From UHGV virus genome UHGV-0031292: a DNA stretch of 39,344 nt. One strand, written 5' to 3'. The notes beneath the pieces are model-generated. The model made no database searches. It worked only from the letters and a program-made list of their open reading frames with translations, and was not told the origin of the DNA. The stretch comes from a virus. Made by a program: the position numbers and the translations under genes. This document shows, piece by piece, positions 27,156 through 34,442 of this stretch; position 1 is the stretch's first letter; every line of letters starts with the position of its first letter.

Positions 27156-28954
27156 GTTACTTTGGCCTTAATCCAGTAAACCAGAATCAGCAGCTTGACG
27201 AAGCAGCATCAAATCCAGCGGGCTTTAACAGCGATGTTGGTTTTTTCGACAATGCTGTAGGAGCGGCATTGTCTGGTTTGTACTCCGGGCTGGTGGCAAA
27301 GCCAGATCAGTTGCTATGGGCAGGGATGGATAAAATCGTATCCCCGATTGCTCAGTTTGTTAACGAAAACACCTCGCTCAATGACACTTCAGTTTCATAC
27401 ATTGCCGAGCAGAGAAAACTAGCAGAGCAGCAGGTTAAGCGGCTGACGCCTGATGCGGCGACAACCGGAACCGCCGGGCAGGTTCTTTATGGGTTGTTCG
27501 ATATGGGCGGGCAGGCTGTTGTCGGTACAACGCTCGGTGGTCCGGTCGGAGGTGCAGCGGCGGTAACTTCGCTACAGGGTTTTTCTGAGTTTGAACGGCT
27601 GACAGCACAGGGTGTTGATTTCAGGGCGGCGCAGGAAGCGGGATTAGTGCAGGGTATTACTGCTGGTGCCGGAACACTGATCCCTATGAGCCTCGGGTTA
27701 CGTGCTGGTGGTGCGCTGGCGGAAGGTGTGGCGGCTCAGCTTGCGCGGACGGGTGAAAGTTCAGTGCGACGCGCCGCAGCAACAGCAGTACGTGCAACGC
27801 CAGATATTGCCTATGCCGCAGGTACAAATATTGCGTTCGGTATGGCACAGCGTGGGCTTACTGCAAAAACGCTTCGTGATGGTGGCTATAGCGAAATGGC
27901 TAACCAGTATGATGTGTTGGATCGACAGGCAATTGCTATTGATGCTGTTCTTGGGGTGGCGTTTGGTGGTGTCGGCAGATTTATTAACTCTCGCGGCGAG
28001 TCTACAAGCGCACCAAATTTTTCACCAGTTGATGTTGATGCTGCACTGGCGGCGAATGCCGCTCATCATGCTGAAATTGATATTGCGCCCGGCGTGCCGA
28101 TCAACGTGCTTTCGCGCAATTCTCACATTCAGGCTCTGCGAAAAGCTATGTCTGATGTTAGCCAGGGGAGGCATGTAGACGTTGCCAGCATTGTTGAGTC
28201 TGCATCTTTCAGTGAAATTCCTGGGCGCAAGAGTCTGCTGTCTCAGGCAGTTAATGAGGCTCTGTCATCTGTAGATGATGGAGTAACGGCGCGCGCTATA
28301 GAAAATCGGTTGCTTGAAGAACACGCCGCGCAGCTTTTGCCGCGTGGCGATAGACAGGTTTACCAGTCTGAAATAGCTAATAGCCAACGAATTATTGAAA
28401 ATCTCACTGAACAGCGCGCACAAATTCTTGCAGAAGAGCCAACCGGTAGCGGTAAAGCTTTGTCTCGTGCTCGATCAGATAAACAGGTCAGACTTCGCGA
28501 TATTGACCAACGAATCCGGCAGGCACAAGAACGCCTGGAATTTTCCCGTAACGCGTTGGCGCCGCATGAGCCTGGCGGTCAGTTTTTTGAAGCTCGAGCA
28601 GAACTGGCACGACGACAGCAGGCAGAAAGTGAACTTAATGCTCAGGCTGTTTCATTCTATAAAACAGCAGAGGTCAGGACGCCAGACGAAGTAGCTCCTT
28701 TTGAGCCCGGTAAGATATTGCAACAGACAGAACAAAAAATGATGGCAGATCCGGCAGGAGATATTGATCTGCGTATAGCTGAAGACTCGCTGCTTGAATC
28801 TCCGGACATGATAATCACCGTGCTGGATGATGATGGTAATCCACAATCGCGCAGTGCGCGTGAAGTACTGGATGAAGCGAACAGGGAAAGTGAGCAGGCA
28901 ATACAGGATTCCAGCCTGTTTGATGTTGCTGTGGCGTGTTTCTTGAGAGGTTAA
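27152..28954 (+). CDS. Internal virion/ejection protein
   Basis: 600-aa Ala/Gly-rich ORF coupled to neighbours. Confidence 0.5.
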   Translation: MSYFGLNPVNQNQQLDEAASNPAGFNSDVGFFDNAVGAALSGLYSGLVAKPDQLLWAGMDKIVSPIAQFVNENTSLNDTSVSYIAEQRKLAEQQVKRLTPDAATTGTAGQVLYGLFDMGGQAVVGTTLGGPVGGAAAVTSLQGFSEFERLTAQGVDFRAAQEAGLVQGITAGAGTLIPMSLGLRAGGALAEGVAAQLARTGESSVRRAAATAVRATPDIAYAAGTNIAFGMAQRGLTAKTLRDGGYSEMANQYDVLDRQAIAIDAVLGVAFGGVGRFINSRGESTSAPNFSPVDVDAALAANAAHHAEIDIAPGVPINVLSRNSHIQALRKAMSDVSQGRHVDVASIVESASFSEIPGRKSLLSQAVNEALSSVDDGVTARAIENRLLEEHAAQLLPRGDRQVYQSEIANSQRIIENLTEQRAQILAEEPTGSGKALSRARSDKQVRLRDIDQRIRQAQERLEFSRNALAPHEPGGQFFEARAELARRQQAESELNAQAVSFYKTAEVRTPDEVAPFEPGKILQQTEQKMMADPAGDIDLRIAEDSLLESPDMIITVLDDDGNPQSRSAREVLDEANRESEQAIQDSSLFDVAVACFLRG

Positions 28955-28959
28955 ATTAA

Positions 28960-31434
28960 ATGAGACAGGAATGTATACAAGCGGTCCAGCAGGCGGCGCA
29001 GCGCACGTTAACGGCGCGAGAAATACAGAACATTGAAGACCGCATTTATCGAAATATGCGCTCCATTGCTCGTGATGACCCGATGTCGTGGCGACAACTT
29101 TCCGAATCAGAACGGTTGTATCGTGCAGCACAATTGGCATCTGAAGAATTACAGCGAGAAGCGGCATTAAAGAAACGTCGTGTGGCTCTCACTATAGCCG
29201 CACGTCAGAGATTGGATAAATTTATCAATAGCTATCAAGGGGCTGATGGGAAACTTGGCGCTCTTAACCGTACTATTGCTTTTAATGCAGACGGTAAATC
29301 GAATTTCCTCTCTGTTGAATCCAGAACAAAAGCCACTCGTGATTATGCATTGAGTCAATTGCAGGAGGCATTTGAAGCAGTTGATCCTCGCTTTTTTGGC
29401 CTGTTTGAAGATGAAGCGGGCGTACGTGACCTGGTATATGAAATGCGGGGGCAAAATACTGGCAATGCTAAAGCAAGAAAAGGTGCTAAAGCGTGGAGAG
29501 AAGTTACAGAGCTGCTGCGCCGCCGGTTTAATGATGCTGGTGGGGACATTGGCTATCTCGAAAACTGGGGGATCCCTCAACATCATTCTATGGAAAAGGT
29601 TGGGGCGGTATCAAAGGATAAGTGGGTTAGCGATGTTATAGGTAAGCTGGATCGCAAATATTATACCCGAGCCGATGGACAACTGATGAACGATGCCGAG
29701 TTGTCTGCATTTCTTGGAGAGGCTTATAACACGATCGCTACTGGTGGGCTGAATAAGCTTACTGATACCGGAATGCGAATTTCCGGCGCACGTGCTAACC
29801 GTGGTAATGCATCACGACAGATACATTTCAAAGATGCAGATTCCTATCTCCAATATCAACAACTTTATGGCGATCGCTCTCTATGGGAAATCATGGTCGG
29901 TCACCTGGAAGGTATCAGTAAAGATATTGCTCTGGTGGAAACATATGGTCCAAACCCCGATCATGTTTTCCGCTCCCTTCTTGATCAGGTTAAGGCAGAA
30001 ACGGCAACAGCTAACCCGAGTAAAACCGGTAAAGTCGAGCGGCTGGCGAACAACACAGAGAATCTGTACAACTTTATTTCCGGAAAGACACAGCCTGTAG
30101 CGAATCCGCACATCGCGCGATGGTCTGACAATATCCGCAACTGGCTGGTTGCCAGCAGGCTCGGATCCGCGTTGCTGTCATCGTTCTCTGATCTTGGAAC
30201 CATGTATCTGTCTGCGAAGGTTACCAACCTTCCAATGAACCAGTTATTCCGCAACCAGCTTGAAGCTATGGACCCAACGAACCGTACAGAACTTGCGCGG
30301 GCGCGCCGCGCTGGTCTGGCGATGGAATCTCTACTTGGCAGCGTTAACCGCTGGGCGATGGATAATATGGGGCCGTCAGTGTCTCGTTGGGCGGCAACGG
30401 CGGTAATGCGTGCCAGTGGGCTTACAGCATGGTCAGATGCGCACAAGCGCGCCTATGGCGTAACCATGATGGGAAGCCTGGGAGAAGTAGTGTCACGGAC
30501 ACCAGACCTTCGTAGCCTTGATGACTCTGATTTTCGTATCCTGAAAAGCAAAGGGATTACTGACACAGACTGGAGCGTATGGAAGTTGGCGCAACAGGAG
30601 GACTGGGGGAACGGTAATAATATGATGCTGACGCCGGAAAGCATTATGCGTATCCCTGATTCAGCAGTTAAACATCTTGGTGAGCCTGAACGCGTGAAAT
30701 TTGAGGCAATGCGTAAACTGCTCGGTGCCGTAACTGAAGAAGTTGATATGGCTGTTATTACACCGGGAGCACGTGAGCAACTGATAACCGGTTCTGGTAT
30801 TCAGCGTGGAACATGGAAAGGTGAATTAACGAGAAGTGTTTTCCTGTTTAAATCGTTCCCTATCTCGGTTGTTATGCGTCACTGGTCACGCGCTATGGGT
30901 ATGCCGTCTGCTGGTGGGCGTGCGGCATATATTGCGACGTTTATTGCCAGTACGACCATTCTTGGCGCTTTGTCGCAGCAACTTAACGACCTTGCGTCTG
31001 GTCGTAATCCTCGAGAGATGACAGGAGAAGATGCCGCAAAATTCTGGCTTGGTGCTCTACTGAAAGGTGGTGGTCTTGGCCTGTACGGTGACTTTTTATT
31101 GTCAGATCACACTAGGTACGGAAGCGGCGCGCTGGCGTCGATGCTTGGCCCGGTAGCTGGTCTGGTTGATGACGTAGTGAAGATTGCTCAGGGCATACCG
31201 TTAAATGCTGTGGAAGGGAAGAGTGAGCAGACTGGTGGTGATCTGGTGAAGCTGGGGAAAGGTTTGATGCCTGGTGCGAATCTCTGGTACTTGAAGGCGG
31301 CTCTCGATCACATGATCTTTAACCAGATGCAGGAGTATTTTTCACCAGGCTATTTGCGTAAAATGGAGCAACGTTCGAAGAAAGAGTTTAACCAGACATA
31401 CTGGTGGCGACCTCAGGATGTCACTCCGCAATAA
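28960..31434 (+). CDS. Large internal virion/ejection protein (gp16-like position)
   Basis: 824-aa ORF, last of the coupled virion protein series. Confidence 0.5.
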   Translation: MRQECIQAVQQAAQRTLTAREIQNIEDRIYRNMRSIARDDPMSWRQLSESERLYRAAQLASEELQREAALKKRRVALTIAARQRLDKFINSYQGADGKLGALNRTIAFNADGKSNFLSVESRTKATRDYALSQLQEAFEAVDPRFFGLFEDEAGVRDLVYEMRGQNTGNAKARKGAKAWREVTELLRRRFNDAGGDIGYLENWGIPQHHSMEKVGAVSKDKWVSDVIGKLDRKYYTRADGQLMNDAELSAFLGEAYNTIATGGLNKLTDTGMRISGARANRGNASRQIHFKDADSYLQYQQLYGDRSLWEIMVGHLEGISKDIALVETYGPNPDHVFRSLLDQVKAETATANPSKTGKVERLANNTENLYNFISGKTQPVANPHIARWSDNIRNWLVASRLGSALLSSFSDLGTMYLSAKVTNLPMNQLFRNQLEAMDPTNRTELARARRAGLAMESLLGSVNRWAMDNMGPSVSRWAATAVMRASGLTAWSDAHKRAYGVTMMGSLGEVVSRTPDLRSLDDSDFRILKSKGITDTDWSVWKLAQQEDWGNGNNMMLTPESIMRIPDSAVKHLGEPERVKFEAMRKLLGAVTEEVDMAVITPGAREQLITGSGIQRGTWKGELTRSVFLFKSFPISVVMRHWSRAMGMPSAGGRAAYIATFIASTTILGALSQQLNDLASGRNPREMTGEDAAKFWLGALLKGGGLGLYGDFLLSDHTRYGSGALASMLGPVAGLVDDVVKIAQGIPLNAVEGKSEQTGGDLVKLGKGLMPGANLWYLKAALDHMIFNQMQEYFSPGYLRKMEQRSKKEFNQTYWWRPQDVTPQ

Positions 31435-31443
31435 GGAAGTGTT

Positions 31444-31617
31444 GTGTTTTTAATTATTTTGAGTGTAATAATTTCTGGTGGATTGTTATTTATTGACCAC
31501 TACAAATATTTTCTTAACCCTCAGACTCAAGCTATTTGCTGGTTCATCTTTGTTGTGCAGGGAGTAGTTCTTGTTGCAAGCCTTATTGAGGGGAGGCCTC
31601 TTATTTTTACTGGGTAA
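31444..31617 (+). CDS. Small hydrophobic protein (about 57 aa, 2 predicted TM helices), GTG start
   Basis: Read by eye (VFLIILSVIISGGLLFIDHYKYFLNPQTQAICWFIFVVQGVVLVASLIEGRPLIFTG); AAGGAAG ribosome-binding site; not in ORF track. Confidence 0.3.
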   Translation: MFLIILSVIISGGLLFIDHYKYFLNPQTQAICWFIFVVQGVVLVASLIEGRPLIFTG

Positions 31618-31629
31618 ATAGGTGACTAC

Positions 31630-31926
31630 ATGCAAGCTATAGGATTCATTGTTTATATCGTCGTTGGTCTTTTTCAGTTGGCAGCAATTATGGCTGGGCT
31701 TGAATCATGGTGGGGATTGCACTGGATAATTGCAGCCCCCATCGCTTTCATCGTGAGCTATATTCCATTTGTTGGAGCGATTGTTGGTATGGTTGGCGCT
31801 GTGGATGTATGGCGGTGGGAGTGGTGGCAGGCTGGCCTTCTATTCTTTGGTGGGATAATCTTTGCTATTGTCTGCGGTGGAATGTCATCATTTTTCGAAT
31901 GGCTATCATTCAGAAAAGAGACGTGA
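31630..31926 (+). CDS. Small integral membrane protein (3 predicted TM helices), accessory
   Basis: 98-aa highly hydrophobic ORF; stop codon inside the GTGACATGTCAC palindrome and followed by a terminator. Confidence 0.5.
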   Translation: MQAIGFIVYIVVGLFQLAAIMAGLESWWGLHWIIAAPIAFIVSYIPFVGAIVGMVGAVDVWRWEWWQAGLLFFGGIIFAIVCGGMSSFFEWLSFRKET

Positions 31927-31934
31927 CATGTCAC
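31923..31934. promoter_or_regulatory. 12-bp perfect palindrome GTGACATGTCAC (copy 2 of 2), overlapping the stop codon of the 31630 gene
   Basis: Identical to 11732-11743. Confidence 0.4.
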
Positions 31935-31959
31935 AGGCCGCTTTCGCGGCCTTGTTTTT
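31935..31959 (+). terminator. Intrinsic terminator (GGCCGC-TTTC-GCGGCC plus TTGTTTTT)
   Basis: Perfect 6-bp GC stem followed by T-run. Confidence 0.6.
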
Positions 31960-32119
31960 AACGAATGCCACCGCCGCCCGGGCGGGAATCCGCAGAACGC
32001 CCACCGCAGCGGGAGCCGTCAGCGGCAGTATCGCTGTCGTGCTGACAACGGCCGGCAAAGGCCTGAGTTGAAGCTACCAGAGACAACAAAACGAACAGTG
32101 CAGCAAATGCTTTTTTCAT
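31958..32119 (-). CDS. Small secreted peptide, putative (Sec signal MKKAFAALFVLLSLVASTQAFA, then about 30-aa Gly/Arg/Cys-containing mature part)
   Basis: Canonical signal peptide with AxA site; weak ribosome-binding site; overlaps an antisense ORF, so uncertain. Confidence 0.3.
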   Translation of the reverse strand: MKKAFAALFVLLSLVASTQAFAGRCQHDSDTAADGSRCGGRSADSRPGGGGIR

Positions 32120-32214
32120 TGTGAAAAATTTCCATCTATAAGCCACCTCAATGTGGCGTCAATGAGTGTAGCACTGACTTTTGTTTCGTCCACAAAAAAG
32201 CCCGCAGCGCGGGC

Positions 32215-32739
32215 TTACCAAAACTTGTACCACGGGGATTTATCCTTCAATGGACAATCCTTCCATCGTGTGGCCAACCATTCATATTCTTTAAAATATG
32301 TGTTTATGTTTTCTTTTTCTCTAATGGCTTGTATAAGAGGTAGCGCAATCTGATAGTTATTTACAACGGAGCTGTAAAATACTTCCTTAATCATGGTCTC
32401 ATCATAAGTTTTCCGCTTCACGCTCACAGCCATGCGTTCGTAGAAACCTAGACAGTAAATTATTTCTCTCTTCTCTGTCTTTTCTTCATCCGTAAGATCA
32501 GCCTGCCCATTGCTTGGATACATATAAGAGCGGAATGATTTGTTCGATTCGTGAATGCGGCGCATAGTAGATAGGCCTTTCTTATAATCTACATCAAACC
32601 TGCTTTCACCAAGGAATACTGAAGTGTGTACTTTTCTCGCTGTATTTACATTATAAATAATAGTAGCGATAGCTATGAACAAGCCAAGCGAAACCGCGAC
32701 TGCACTTACGATTTGAGCCACAGCCATGGCAAATTGCAT
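32215..32739 (-). CDS. Membrane-anchored protein of unknown function (N-terminal TM helix plus about 140-aa soluble domain), AT-rich accessory gene
   Basis: 179-aa ORF (GTG at 32754 or ATG MQFAMAV); single N-terminal hydrophobic helix; low GC. Confidence 0.5.
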   Translation of the reverse strand: MQFAMAVAQIVSAVAVSLGLFIAIATIIYNVNTARKVHTSVFLGESRFDVDYKKGLSTMRRIHESNKSFRSYMYPSNGQADLTDEEKTEKREIIYCLGFYERMAVSVKRKTYDETMIKEVFYSSVVNNYQIALPLIQAIREKENINTYFKEYEWLATRWKDCPLKDKSPWYKFW

Positions 32740-32772
32740 TTCTTCACTTAACACAAACTGTCTCCAGACATG

Positions 32773-32795
32773 AAAACGGGGCCTAATGGCCCCGT
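32773..32795 (-). terminator. Intrinsic terminator on minus strand (CGGGGCC-ATTA-GGCCCCG plus TTTT) between antirepressor and membrane-protein gene
   Basis: 7-bp GC stem followed by UUUU on the minus strand. Confidence 0.5.
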
Positions 32796-32963
32796 CATTA
32801 AACTATCCGAATGTTAAACGCCTTCGTACTCGTCAAATTTTCTCATGTGGGCTCCTCCTGTATCGGTGCCTAATCGCTATGGATCACCCGTGAGGTAATA
32901 GTAAGCTATTCACCTGCAATCTGTACAGAATTATTTAAAGGCACATCCCTGTGCCGCCGCCCG

Positions 32964-33689
32964 TCAGAAGAACCCTGCTTTGTCGTTGATGTACTCCGCG
33001 TGCGTCTGGATATCACGCAGGCATTTGCTCACACCGACGATGTAGCAGAACATGGTGGTCAGCTCCGCCGCCGCGCCCGATACGTCGTGCCCGTCGTCCT
33101 GTAACTGGTTCAGCAGATTCATCAGCAGTGAGTTCTCCGTCAGGCCGAGAACACCAGACGGAGAATGAATCAGACTGCGGTAGCCGGGCTTCAGTGGGGC
33201 GCTGTAGGTTTTGTTCTCTATCTTCATTGCCTGCATCACTGCTGATGCTGTGGCGTTGGCTACCTGGTCGGCAACCATCTTTATGCGTTCTTCCTGCGGG
33301 AGCGAGTTTTTAATGTAACTTCCGGTGCGGCGGATCTGAGGAAGAACCTCACCTGTAACCCATTTACGAAAGCGGTAGGGGATAGTGCCTGGTGTCACTG
33401 CGTCGCGGCAGCGGAGGATCAGTGTGTAGAGGCCTGACTCGGAGATGATGTTGATCTCTTTTACTCGGCTGTCAAAAATCGCACGATGTTCATGCCCTAT
33501 GTTGAACATAGACCTTTCATCATCATCCAGTTTTTCAAGTGCTTGGGTGACGTTTTGGATACGCAGCGCACTACAAACGTCTTGGGCTACAAACCATGGT
33601 TGGCCATCGATAATGATGGAACGGATAGGGTTAACAGATTCAAATTTGAAGATGGCAGTTTGAGCATTAGCCATGGTGGTTATCTCCAC
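32964..33689 (-). CDS. Bro-N (KilA-N-like) domain antirepressor
   Basis: 241-aa ORF with N-terminal Bro-N-like segment (FESVNPIRSIIIDGQPWFVAQDVCSALRIQN); C-terminal region paralogous to the 33990 gene. Confidence 0.7.
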   Translation of the reverse strand: MEITTMANAQTAIFKFESVNPIRSIIIDGQPWFVAQDVCSALRIQNVTQALEKLDDDERSMFNIGHEHRAIFDSRVKEINIISESGLYTLILRCRDAVTPGTIPYRFRKWVTGEVLPQIRRTGSYIKNSLPQEERIKMVADQVANATASAVMQAMKIENKTYSAPLKPGYRSLIHSPSGVLGLTENSLLMNLLNQLQDDGHDVSGAAAELTTMFCYIVGVSKCLRDIQTHAEYINDKAGFF

Positions 33690-33692
33690 TTA

Positions 33693-33706
33693 GTGATTTT
33701 AATCAC
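33693..33706. promoter_or_regulatory. 14-bp perfect palindrome GTGATTTTAATCAC immediately upstream of the antirepressor start
   Basis: Starts 4 bp upstream of the ATG. Confidence 0.4.
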
Positions 33707-33827
33707 CACCGCAACGCCAATTACTGGTGGTGAACTGGACAAGGTTGGCGTACCGGCCTAAGTGGTACCGGCGTCCTTTCGGACCCCTGCCCAGCCCACC
33801 ATAATTCGGATATAGCTGTGCTTAACG

Positions 33828-33852
33828 CATAAAAAAACCACGTCTGGCGTGG
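33828..33852 (-). terminator. Intrinsic terminator on minus strand (CCACG-CCAGA-CGTGG plus T7) between the two antirepressor-like genes
   Basis: Plus strand reads AAAAAAACCACGTCTGGCGTGG. Confidence 0.55.
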
Positions 33853-33943
33853 TATGCGCCACTTAGTAACTCGGGACGCCAATCCCGGCACTGGATTTTG
33901 CCAGTGCCCGATTACTATGGCACAAGAGGAGTGCGATGTAAAT

Positions 33944-33958
33944 TTACCGCAAAGGTAA
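33944..33958. promoter_or_regulatory. Exact palindrome copy TTACCGCAAAGGTAA in the antirepressor leader
   Basis: Perfect TTACC-N5-GGTAA. Confidence 0.5.
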
Positions 33959-33989
33959 ATATAAGCACTCCAGTTGGTAATTGTAAACC

Positions 33990-34247
33990 TTATCTGGTTT
34001 GTTTTCGTAATTGTTCGACACAATAGTCGAGATGTGTTTGCAGATCCTGCATAGTCATCTGTGAGCTGGTGACGTAGTTAATCAGTGCAGTCAGTTCGGC
34101 AAGTGGGCCATCGACATTAAATCCATCCTTATCGAGATCCCGGAGTAATTTCATCAAGTGCGATCCCTCCACCAGTGACCTGACGCCTCCCGGCGTGTGA
34201 ATCCTTTCGGTAAATCCGTCTTCCAGTGGATAGTGATACCGCTGCAT
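33990..34247 (-). CDS. Small antirepressor-like protein (about 85 aa), paralogous to the C-terminal domain of the Bro-N antirepressor; putatively LexA-controlled
   Basis: First ATG (MQRYHY) preceded by GGAG; shared motif H(T/S)PxGV..L.E.S.LM.LL..L..DG..V.G...ELT.....V...........LQTH..Y with 32964-33689; LexA box about 22 bp upstream. Confidence 0.55.
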   Translation of the reverse strand: MQRYHYPLEDGFTERIHTPGGVRSLVEGSHLMKLLRDLDKDGFNVDGPLAELTALINYVTSSQMTMQDLQTHLDYCVEQLRKQTR

Positions 34248-34268
34248 CTTATCTTCTCCATGCAATAA

Positions 34269-34284
34269 CTGTATAAATATACAG
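34269..34284. promoter_or_regulatory. LexA (SOS) box CTGTATAAATATACAG (20-mer AACTGTATAAATATACAGTA)
   Basis: Near-perfect match to the CTGT-N8-ACAG consensus, about 22 bp upstream of the antirepressor-like gene start. Confidence 0.7.
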
Positions 34285-34323
34285 TATCAAATAATTTGTT
34301 TGCTATCCAGCACGTTTTGCAAA

Positions 34324-34338
34324 TTACCTGAAAGGTAA
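34324..34338. promoter_or_regulatory. Exact palindrome copy TTACCTGAAAGGTAA upstream of the tailspike; start of a promoter-like module
   Basis: Identical to 15360-15374; CCATATATGGTT follows at 34367-34380. Confidence 0.6.
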
Positions 34339-34442
34339 TATCTGTTCGTATTTATGGGTTGCTTATCCATATATGGTTTTTTAGGTAATAAAATAACCGG
34401 ATATGCGGCGCAACGGGTGCTGCGACTATCTGGAGATTTAAC

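Noticed and set aside
31862-32071. Plus-strand ORF (MSQAAFAALFLTNATAARAGIRR...) antisense to the putative secreted-peptide gene
   Set aside because: Starts inside the GTGACATGTCAC palindrome and reads straight through the 31935-31959 terminator hairpin; the minus-strand ORF with a canonical signal peptide is slightly more plausible, but neither is certain.
31435-34440. O-antigen conversion genes (Wzy-type polymerase, O-acetyltransferase) expected in epsilon15/phiV10-type phages
   Set aside because: No large multi-pass membrane protein of the required size (300-450 aa) is present; the locus instead holds small membrane proteins and the antirepressor module.
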